Origin: Planctomycetaceae bacterium
Lineage (GTDB): Bacteria > Planctomycetota > Planctomycetia > Pirellulales > Pirellulaceae
DNA length: 32,114 nucleotides
NCBI GenBank assembly: GCA_007124535.1
Contig: SLEY01000453.1
Location: 1 to 32,114 of the forward strand
Direction of reading: 5' to 3'
The notes beneath the pieces were generated by a model that searched no databases, was not told the origin of the DNA, and saw nothing but the letters and a program-made list of their open reading frames with translations. Position numbers and translations under genes: made by a program. This document shows, piece after piece, positions 25,635-32,114 of the stretch (the stretch's first letter is position 1; each line of letters begins with the position of its first letter).

Positions 25635-25704
25635 CCGTTAGGATCCCCCAAGTTCGGGAAGCTTCCTTGTGTTCACAGCGAACTCGACGGATCGATTTCG
25701 AGCA

Positions 25705-26115
25705 TCACTCGCCCATGATGGCGGCCCAGTCGGGGGAATCCGGGCGATCCGGTTGTTCGGGCAACGCGGGATCCTCGCCTTCCCAATCCACATCCGGGGG
25801 CCCCCATCCGTCGAATTCGCCCCAATCGTCTTCGTCCAGCCAACCGTCATCCGCCGGATCCCAGCCTTCCGCCGACACAAAACTCTCTTCCGAACGGACG
25901 ACCACCTCCCCCGTCGGATGAAATACGGACCCCACTCGACCCTCCGAAGGGTGACCCCGCTGCCAGCTGCCACCATAGGTCGGGTAGTGACTGTCGAACG
26001 GACTGGCGCAAACAGCACATCCCGAGGCGAAAGCCAGCATGGCGATGCCAAGCCACCCCCAGAACGGCCTTGTTCTGCGCTCCGTGGTGCTGGACGCTCG
26101 ACGAATTCCGATCAT
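25705..26115 (-). CDS. Small lipoprotein (136 aa) with an acidic, Trp/Asp-rich C-terminal half
   Basis: ATG at 26115 (the track uses a TTG at 26139). Lipobox LAFASGC, followed by CASPFDSHYPTYGGSWQRGHPSEGRVGSVFHP. The C-terminus is WDPADDGWLDEDDWGEFDGWGPPDVDWEGEDP. Confidence 0.6.
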   Translation of the reverse strand: MIGIRRASSTTERRTRPFWGWLGIAMLAFASGCAVCASPFDSHYPTYGGSWQRGHPSEGRVGSVFHPTGEVVVRSEESFVSAEGWDPADDGWLDEDDWGEFDGWGPPDVDWEGEDPALPEQPDRPDSPDWAAIMGE

Positions 26116-26360
26116 AACGGCTTGGCCCTCAAACGACAAGGAAACGAAATAACAGCAAGATGTTCTCCAACAGGTTCGACCAATCCGACTTGGTAACTTG
26201 AGTCGAGTTTAACGATTGTCGGGGATTTTTGTGCTTTGCGCTTGGTCTTTGCATCGAAGAATCAGGTTGCGGTTTTCCGGCCCGGAGGCGGAAACGACCA
26301 CACAGCCAATGGCGCCCACCTCCACCAAAGAACCGACCCGACCAGCCGGCCACTCACCAC

Positions 26361-26430
26361 GCGCTGTGGCCGGTCTCTGACCGAGCCACTCGGCGGTTTC
26401 GGCGGGGTCGGAGACCCTCGCCCAGCGCGG
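26361..26430. repeat. Single inverted copy of the 13.4-kb repeat element (B arm plus A-like arm, hairpin-forming)
   Basis: 26361-26389 (GCGCTGTGGCCGGTCTCTGACCGAGCCAC) is the exact reverse complement of 13434-13462 (29/29). 26391-26430 is a near reverse complement of unit A plus its GAAACCG flank. The two arms (GGTCTCTGACC and GGTCGGAGACC) can pair. Confidence 0.85.
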
Positions 26431-26454
26431 TAGATTATTTCCTGCGAGTTGCCT

Positions 26455-26486
26455 CACCGACCCACCGACCTACCGACCCACCGACG
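26455..26486. repeat. Octanucleotide tandem repeat (YACCGACS), 4 units
   Basis: Reads CACCGACC CACCGACC TACCGACC CACCGACG. Same unit, phase and orientation as the block at 26793-26864. Confidence 0.9.
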
Positions 26487-26691
26487 CAAGGTCGATCGAG
26501 TACGAGTACCGCGATGCTGAGTACGAGTACGAGTCGAACCGGATCAAGTCACCAAGCACCTACTTACCGACCGAATCGTGATGTGCGTGGACGTTACGCG
26601 ACCATGGCGGCGATCGGAGGCGTGGCAGGTATCGCGAGACATTGCACGACGTAATGTGGCACGAAATTGCCAAATCATCTGGTTCTTGGCA

Positions 26692-26752
26692 GGCAAAGCA
26701 CACGGGCAAAGCACACGGGTTCCCCTCTCCCCGGAGTACCGGGGCGAGGGGA
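26692..26752. repeat. Two tandem copies of a 13-bp unit, immediately followed by a 14-bp-stem hairpin
   Basis: GGCAAAGCACACG occurs at 26692-26704 and 26705-26717. TCCCCTCTCCCCGG (26721-26734) pairs with CCGGGGCGAGGGGA (26739-26752) at 13 of 14 positions, with loop AGTA. Confidence 0.85.
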
Positions 26753-26792
26753 GAAAGGCCAAGTCTCAGTGTGAATGGGTGAAAAAAACGAT

Positions 26793-26864
26793 CACCGACC
26801 CACCGACCCACCGACCCACCGACCTACCGACCTACCGACCTACCGACGCACCGACCTGCCGACT
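26793..26864. repeat. Octanucleotide tandem repeat (YACCGACS), 9 units, 78 nt upstream of the OleC-like start codon
   Basis: Four CACCGACC units, then two TACCGACC, then TACCGACG, CACCGACC and TGCCGACT. Confidence 0.9.
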
Positions 26865-26941
26865 GCGGGGGTTGCATGGGGCAGGTTGTTGTCGTATTCT
26901 CCGGTTGAAAGGTGCGAGACGCCCTTATCGACGAGGACTCG

Positions 26942-28606
26942 ATGGAAGCAGAGCATGTGAATGTGAGTCGGCGATTGGCCCGGACCGCGGCAGCGGATCC
27001 CGGCGGGATCGCGGTGGTCGAGCCGGGTCGGCGAGGCCGGGATGGTCGGCGGACCTATCGGACGCTTAGTTTTTCCGAGTTGGATGCGGATAGCGACCTG
27101 CTGGCGGACGGGCTCCGCGCAATGGGGGTTCCTCAGGGGGCCCGTCTGGTGTTGATGGTACGGCCCAGCATCGATTTTATCTCGCTGGTGTTTGCGTTGT
27201 TCAAAGCGGGCATCGTTTGCGTGCTGGTCGATCCGGGGATGGGGCGCCGCAGTTTGGTGCGTTGTTTGGAAGAGGTTCAACCGGACGGTTTCGTGGCGAT
27301 TCCTCTGGCGCATGCGATCCGTTGCGTGCTGCGCCGTCGATTTTCCCGGGCCCGGTGGAACCTGACCGTGGGCAGACGCTGGTTTTGGGGCGGGCCCACG
27401 ATCGCCCAACTCCGCCAGCGGCAGCGGAGTGAGGGGTTCGAGCCCAGCGCGACCCGGGCGGACGACCCGGCCGCCATTATTTTTACGACCGGCAGCACCG
27501 GTCCGCCCAAAGGGGTCTTGTATCGCCATGGCAATTTCGATCGCCAGGTGGTCGAGTTGCGGGATTTCTACAGGATCGAGCCTGGCGAGATCGATTTGGC
27601 CTGCTTTCCCCTCTTCGGTCTGTTCAACTGTGCGATGGGGGTGACGACGGTCATTCCCGTGATGGATGCGACGCGGCCGGCCGAAGTGGATCCGCGGAAC
27701 ATTCTGGAAGCCGCTGGTGACTGGCAGGTGACCCAGTCGTTTGGTTCGCCGGCGCTGTGGAACGTCGTGGGCCGGTACTGCGAGCATCAGGGGGTGGGTT
27801 TGCCGAGTTTACAGCGAGTGCTTTCGGCCGGCGCTCCGGTGCCGCCGCATGTGCTGCAGCGGATGAAACAGGTGATTCATCCCGAGGGCGATGTGCACAC
27901 GCCGTATGGTGCGACCGAGTCGCTGCCGGTGGCTTCGATCGCAGCGAGTGAGGTGCTGGCCGAGACGGTTTCCCACTCGGCCGAGGGCGCGGGCACGTGC
28001 GTAGGGCATCGTTTTCCGGGGATCGAGTGGAAGGTGATCCGGATCGACGATGGCCCGATCGCCACGATTGATCAGGCGATCGAGCTTCCGCGGGGGGAGA
28101 TCGGCGAGTTGATGGTCCGGGGCCCGGTGGTGACTTCCGAGTACGTGACTCGCTGTGAGGCCAATGCCCTGCACAAAGTGGTCGACGGCGACACCCGCTG
28201 GCACCGCATCGGCGATCTGGGCTACTTGGACGATCAGGATCGTTTCTGGTTTTGCGGCCGCAAGTCGCACCGGCTGCAGACGGCGGACGGCCCGATGTAC
28301 ACCATCCCGTGCGAAGCGATTCTCAATGGGCATCCGGCCGTGTATCGTTCGGCCTTGATCGGATTGGGACCCGCCGGGCAACACGTTCCGGTGCTGGTCG
28401 TCGAACCTTGGCCCGAACACTACCCCCGCTCGGCGGACCAGCGGCAGCGTCTGGAGGCGGAACTGCAGCAGTTGGCGGCTTCGCACCCCCGGACGCGAAG
28501 GGTGCAACGGATTCTGTTGCGGCGCCGCCTGCCGGTGGATATCCGTCACAATGCCAAGATTTTTCGGGAGAAACTGGTGCCTTGGGCCGAGCGTCGGATC
28601 CGATGA
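26942..28606 (+). CDS. AMP-dependent synthetase/ligase of the OleC-like (beta-lactone synthetase / fatty-acid CoA ligase family) type
   Basis: ATG at 26942 with GAGGA at 26933-26937 (the track uses GTG at 26912). Adenylation motifs FTTGSTGPPKGV and TPYGATES. Blocks I associate with OleC: VRPSIDFISLVFALFKAG..VLVDPGMG, DATRPAEVDP, GDLGYLDDQDRFWFCGRK and the C-terminal LPVDIRHNAKIFREKL. Confidence 0.8.
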   Translation: MEAEHVNVSRRLARTAAADPGGIAVVEPGRRGRDGRRTYRTLSFSELDADSDLLADGLRAMGVPQGARLVLMVRPSIDFISLVFALFKAGIVCVLVDPGMGRRSLVRCLEEVQPDGFVAIPLAHAIRCVLRRRFSRARWNLTVGRRWFWGGPTIAQLRQRQRSEGFEPSATRADDPAAIIFTTGSTGPPKGVLYRHGNFDRQVVELRDFYRIEPGEIDLACFPLFGLFNCAMGVTTVIPVMDATRPAEVDPRNILEAAGDWQVTQSFGSPALWNVVGRYCEHQGVGLPSLQRVLSAGAPVPPHVLQRMKQVIHPEGDVHTPYGATESLPVASIAASEVLAETVSHSAEGAGTCVGHRFPGIEWKVIRIDDGPIATIDQAIELPRGEIGELMVRGPVVTSEYVTRCEANALHKVVDGDTRWHRIGDLGYLDDQDRFWFCGRKSHRLQTADGPMYTIPCEAILNGHPAVYRSALIGLGPAGQHVPVLVVEPWPEHYPRSADQRQRLEAELQQLAASHPRTRRVQRILLRRRLPVDIRHNAKIFREKLVPWAERRIR

Positions 28607-28786
28607 CTCGCGATCAGGCGACCAGGGCGGCGGGGGGAATTCGCGGTTTTTCCCGCGCGGGGCAGACAATCTTTCCCGGCGCCTGACTCCGGGTCCTGAC
28701 GTCGGAGATCGCCGATAACAGCCTGGACGTGATGGCCAGCACCCGGTCCATGCCGTATCCGGACCTTTCGGAGAAGACGCCTCACG

Positions 28787-29752
28787 TTACAAAGGGGCGG
28801 GCAGGTCTCGCCGGTGGAAGATCAAAGTGGCTCCCAGGTAGGCAGCCAGTCCCATCGTCAGCAGGATCAGGTTGTAGCCCAAAGGACCCAGGCCGTTCCA
28901 GTCCCCGACTTCGTTGCGGAGGATCAGGCTCCAGGTCGATTCGGGATGATAGACCGCGATGCTGACGAATCGGGCGGGTTCGTAGGCGGTGAAGAAGCTG
29001 AAGCGGCAGAGCCACGCCAGGGGTTCCGAGGCCAGGCCGACGATCTTGATCGTCAATTGGACGATGTAGATCCCCACCACCAGCCCGATCGTTCGCCAGC
29101 GGTAGCGGTCGCAGGAGGAGAGCAGGCTGCTGAGTCCCGCCAGGAAAAATCCCAGAGAAAACAGATTGACGGCAGCGGGGATCAGGTGGGTCATGTCGAC
29201 TTTGTCGGCCATCGGTCGCCGCACGATCTCTTCGGCGGCCAGCGGGTCGGGCAGTTGCCAACCCAGCCAAGGAATGGTCCACACCGGCGCGCGGGGCTCC
29301 TCGATCGTATTGGTGTGAACGCCCAGGTACAGGCCCAGCCAGGACGTGAGTGCCAGCAGGGCCAGCCCGGCAAGGGTGACGGTGGCCTGCGACCACAGCA
29401 CCTGGATGCGGCTGACCGGCTGGGCCAGCAGCATTTCCATCGTCCCGCGGCCAATCTCGCCGCTGACACAATCCGACCCCCGCGCGATGACCCACAGGAA
29501 GACGCACAGCAGCAAGATCGGTTCATCGTAGGCCATCGCCACCCGACCGGTGTAGGTGACCAGGTGTTCAAAGGGCACGGGCGAAAAGTGCTCCCAATCC
29601 CGAAACTGCTCGATCACCGTCTCAAAGCGGCTCATCTCGAACTGACTCACCAGCCAGACGCGAGTCCAGCAGAAAGCCAGCAGGGCAATCGTGCAGGCGG
29701 CCAGCAGGAACCGGCCTTCCAGGATCGATTTGTTCAACAGCGATCGGTTCAT
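28787..29752 (-). CDS. ABC-2 type transporter permease
   Basis: ATG at 29752, 9 nt after the stop codon of the upstream ATPase. N-terminal TM, an extracytoplasmic loop, then about 5 more TM helices. Contains the GEIGRGTMEMLLAQPVSR motif typical of ABC-2 permeases. Confidence 0.75.
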   Translation of the reverse strand: MNRSLLNKSILEGRFLLAACTIALLAFCWTRVWLVSQFEMSRFETVIEQFRDWEHFSPVPFEHLVTYTGRVAMAYDEPILLLCVFLWVIARGSDCVSGEIGRGTMEMLLAQPVSRIQVLWSQATVTLAGLALLALTSWLGLYLGVHTNTIEEPRAPVWTIPWLGWQLPDPLAAEEIVRRPMADKVDMTHLIPAAVNLFSLGFFLAGLSSLLSSCDRYRWRTIGLVVGIYIVQLTIKIVGLASEPLAWLCRFSFFTAYEPARFVSIAVYHPESTWSLILRNEVGDWNGLGPLGYNLILLTMGLAAYLGATLIFHRRDLPAPL

Positions 29753-29761
29753 GCGTCGGAC

Positions 29762-30661
29762 TCATCCTTGGGGAGGCACAGCGGAAACGGGCTCGGCGTC
29801 GTGGATGCGGTCGTACAGGGAGCGCAAACCGACCGATTGCACATTGATTTCTTCCAAAGGCAGGGTTCCCAACCACTGCAACAGCGGCTTGAGTTCCCCC
29901 GGGGTTTCGATGACGAACACGCCGGGCCGTTCCCGGCGGATCCGCAACTCGCCTTTCAGTTCCCCCGGAGGTGGCGGCAGCGGGCCGCTCAATGCCGCCT
30001 GGATCCGGTGGCGACGCTTCAATTCCTGCATCACCTGAACATGCGCCAGCCGCCCCGCACGTAGGAACGCCACCCGGTCGCAAACCTCCTCGACCTCCGA
30101 TAACACGTGCGAGGAGAACAGCACCGTGCGTCCCTGCTGGCGGAACTCATCGACAATCTCGGCCACCACCCGCCGCACCGTCGGATCCAGATTCGACGTC
30201 GGTTCATCCAGGATCACCAGCGGCGTTTCGGCAGCCAGCGTGGCGACCAGGGCCAATTTCTGCCGCATGCCCGTGGACATGGAAGCCACGCGCGCGGTCA
30301 GAGCCAGTTCCAAACGCTCGGCCAGTTTCAGCGAGCGCTGCAAATTCCCTTCCGGCCGTACTTCGGCGAAGAAGCGCAGGATCTCGCGCCCCCGCATCTG
30401 GCCGAACAAGCGGACTTCGCCCGGCAGGTAGGTCGTTTGGCGGCGCACCTGCACCGAATGGTTACTGCAGCACCAGCCGCCGATGGTCGCGGATCCACTG
30501 GTGGGCCGGAGATAACCCAGAAGCAGCCGAAGCAAGGTCGTCTTTCCCGCGCCGTTCGGCCCGAGCAAACCGAGAATTTCCCCTTCGGGAACCGACAAAC
30601 AGCAGTCCTCGAGCGCGGTGAACCGACCGTAACGCTTCGTCAGGTGTTCGACTTGGATCAA
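29762..30661 (-). CDS. ABC transporter ATP-binding protein (ABC-2 exporter type)
   Basis: Probable TTG start at 30661 with GGGGAG ~8 nt upstream, giving (M)IQVEHLTKRYG. There is no in-frame ATG between this and the ORF-track start at 31003, and that extension overlaps moaD. Walker A GPNGAGKTT, signature MSTGMRQKLAL, Walker B LVILDEPTSNLD. Confidence 0.88.
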   Translation of the reverse strand: MIQVEHLTKRYGRFTALEDCCLSVPEGEILGLLGPNGAGKTTLLRLLLGYLRPTSGSATIGGWCCSNHSVQVRRQTTYLPGEVRLFGQMRGREILRFFAEVRPEGNLQRSLKLAERLELALTARVASMSTGMRQKLALVATLAAETPLVILDEPTSNLDPTVRRVVAEIVDEFRQQGRTVLFSSHVLSEVEEVCDRVAFLRAGRLAHVQVMQELKRRHRIQAALSGPLPPPPGELKGELRIRRERPGVFVIETPGELKPLLQWLGTLPLEEINVQSVGLRSLYDRIHDAEPVSAVPPQG

Positions 30662-30779
30662 TATCGGACTCCCCGGGGTGGACCACCAAAAAAAACTAAG
30701 AACTATACTTGGGACTGGTCTTGGTTTCGTGCGGCGATTATCCTTCTGTCGTTCGATTCTTTTCGGTGGAGGGTGGGTT

Positions 30780-31025
30780 TTAGCCGCCGCTGACTGGGGG
30801 GATGCAGGCGATTTCGTTTGCGGATGCCAGTGGGTGGGTATCGGGCGCGTATTCGTTGTCCAATGCGAGATGGCAGCGTGCCAGTAGGGGGGCGAGGTCG
30901 GGAACTTGCTGGACGATCGCTCGCCGTAGATCGCCGACGGTGGCCGTGGCCGGCAGTTCCAACTGGAGGACGGATCGCCCGCAGGTCTGGCGGGCGGCCG
31001 CAAAGAGGTACACCGATCGCTTCAA
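30780..31025 (-). CDS. moaD: MoaD/ThiS-family sulfur-carrier protein (molybdopterin synthase small subunit-like)
   Basis: 81 aa ending IACIPPVSGG (C-terminal Gly-Gly). It aligns by eye along its full length with E. coli MoaD (VYLFAAARQ... against VLFFAQVRE...; HPLASANEIACIPPVSGG against HPLTDGDEVAFFPPVTGG). The TTG start at 31025 overlaps the upstream TGA (TTGA); the alternative start is GTG at 31013. Confidence 0.8.
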   Translation of the reverse strand: MKRSVYLFAAARQTCGRSVLQLELPATATVGDLRRAIVQQVPDLAPLLARCHLALDNEYAPDTHPLASANEIACIPPVSGG

Positions 31026-32114
31026 GTGATCACCAAGTCCTCGCCTCGCGTGGCTAACAGCGGGTTCAATTCGGGTAGCAGGCCGTAGGACAGCGCCATG
31101 ACTTTCAAGGGGTGAACGGTGGGTTTCGTCGTGCCCTGCTCCATCTGGATCTTACAGGCGCTGCATTCGGTCACGCCGGCTTGAATCGCCGGATCGCGGA
31201 GCGACGAGATCAACCCCCAGCCGGTTCGCAGACTGATGCGATAGTTCGCTTGCCGCAACCCGAACGTGCCGGCCATCCCGGAACAACCTCGGTCCAGTCG
31301 ATGGATTTTGAGTGCGGGGAGGAGGCCGAGCAGATTTTCGCCGGGGCTACCCACCTGCAGGGCTCGCAGATGGCACGGTTGGTGGTAGCCCAAGCTGCAG
31401 GTGACGGGGGCCAGGTCCAATTTCAGGGCGCCCGATTGGTGCAATCGCCAGAGGTAGGTGCAAACTTCGCTGGTGTGGTCCGCGACCAAGCGGGCGTCCC
31501 CTTCGTCCAAGACATGCAGGTACTCGTGTTTCAAGCACAGGGCCGCGGTCGGCTCGCTGCACACGATGTGGTAGCCTTGGCGGACGGCGTCTGCCAAGAG
31601 GGCGACGTTGCGAGCGGCAAAGGTTCGGGCCAATTCGACCCGGCCCATCGCGATGGCCGCAGCCCCACTGGGCGCCTGTTCCGGCGGGACGTACACCGCC
31701 ACCCGGTTGTGCTGCAGGATCGCAACCACAGCTCGGGCCAGCAGGGGATCGCACCAATTGGCGAAGGTATCCACGAAATAGAGCACTTTGCGGCCACTTT
31801 CGCGCGGGGGGCGGGTCAAACGCCGGCGGTGCGCGTGCTGCAGGAAACTGCGGCGGGAAAAACTCGGCAACTTGCGGCCCTGGGCGATCCCCAGCGTCTT
31901 CTCCATCAACCAGCGCACTCGGCGATTGCGGATCCCCCAGTTGGCAAGCGGAGCCAGGCGCGAACCCCAGGCGGCGAACCAATCCATGCGCGTCATCACC
32001 CAATCGCCAAAACGCAGACCATTGGTCGCCCCATACTGGGCCTTGGCCTCCTGCACCAATCGGGGAATGTCCACCAGGGCCGGACACTCCAATCGGCACT
32101 GATGACAATTCACA
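31022..32114 (-). CDS. (Fe-S)-binding oxidoreductase, CCG-domain (GlcF/HdrD-like) C-terminal part; the gene continues beyond the right edge
   Basis: The open frame reaches the window edge. Ferredoxin-type cluster motif C..CRLECP at the edge. Two cysteine-rich CCG-type units: YFVDTFANWCDP...VCSEPT, and YHQPCHL...DRGCSGMAGTFG...TECSACKIQM. Confidence 0.8.
   Translation of the reverse strand, partial: VNCHQCRLECPALVDIPRLVQEAKAQYGATNGLRFGDWVMTRMDWFAAWGSRLAPLANWGIRNRRVRWLMEKTLGIAQGRKLPSFSRRSFLQHAHRRRLTRPPRESGRKVLYFVDTFANWCDPLLARAVVAILQHNRVAVYVPPEQAPSGAAAIAMGRVELARTFAARNVALLADAVRQGYHIVCSEPTAALCLKHEYLHVLDEGDARLVADHTSEVCTYLWRLHQSGALKLDLAPVTCSLGYHQPCHLRALQVGSPGENLLGLLPALKIHRLDRGCSGMAGTFGLRQANYRISLRTGWGLISSLRDPAIQAGVTECSACKIQMEQGTTKPTVHPLKVMALSYGLLPELNPLLATRGEDLVIT

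Noticed and set aside
13352-26430. A composite transposon or genomic island bounded by the inverted repeat copies
   Set aside because: No transposase, integrase, recombinase, tRNA attachment site or target-site duplication is visible. The internal genes have the same GC content and codon style as the flanks. I keep it only as a possible inversion substrate.
26229-27069. ORFs 26229-26654 (+), 26578-27069 (+), 26544-26762 (-) and 26560-26811 (-) in the long intergenic region
   Set aside because: Their sequences are translations of the palindromic element, the octamer repeats (PTHRPTDLPTYRPTD...) and the hairpin (LSPEYRGEG / LSPLAPVLRGEG). One runs out of frame into the OleC-like gene.
28814-30064. 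416-aa ORF antisense to the ABC-2 permease and ATPase
   Set aside because: It crosses a gene boundary on the other strand, its composition is biased, and it has no motifs.

Overview
High-GC bacterial chromosomal window. G+C looks like about two thirds by eye; I did not compute it. I call 27 protein-coding genes and one probable pseudogene. I found no rRNA, tRNA, CRISPR array, transposase or integrase. The gene content suggests a Planctomycetota-like organism: a signal-peptide TPR/CHAT-like giant protein, small motif-bearing lipoproteins, and a CBM/FAD-oxidoreductase/discoidin protein. That taxonomic call is inference only.

Layout, left to right:
- 1-8.3 kb, mostly + strand: redox, sulfur and stress genes. 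These are a BON-domain protein (partial), PCD/DCoH, a DUF1328 miniprotein, a PRC-barrel protein, an FAD-Rieske oxidoreductase, an MBL-fold protein with two rhodanese domains, a decayed YeeE/YedE remnant, Fe-SOD and an SSS symporter.
- 8.4-13.1 kb, - strand: a tightly packed four-gene operon. It encodes an uncharacterised Cys-motif type-I membrane protein, two paralogous FtsX/MacB-type permeases and an ATPase.
- 13.35-13.55 kb: a tandem and inverted repeat array.
- 13.6-26.1 kb: a three-domain FAD oxidoreductase, a small ORF, an Ala/Glu-only coiled-coil lipoprotein, a small lipoprotein, a 984-aa TPR protein whose CHAT-like domain lacks the catalytic His/Cys, a ZIP transporter, a GT4-GT2-UxaA operon and another small lipoprotein.
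- 26.1-26.9 kb: an 826-bp repeat-dense non-coding region. It holds an inverted copy of the 13.4-kb repeat, two blocks of an 8-bp microsatellite, a 13-bp tandem repeat and a strong hairpin.
- 26.9-32.1 kb: a stand-alone OleC-like AMP ligase, an ABC-2 exporter pair, MoaD, and the C-terminal part of a CCG-domain Fe-S oxidoreductase.

The best candidates for something undescribed are the four-gene ABC operon with its unknown partner protein, the pseudo-CHAT locus, and the repeat architecture at 13.4 and 26.4 kb. All functional calls rest on motif recognition from memory. No database search was run.
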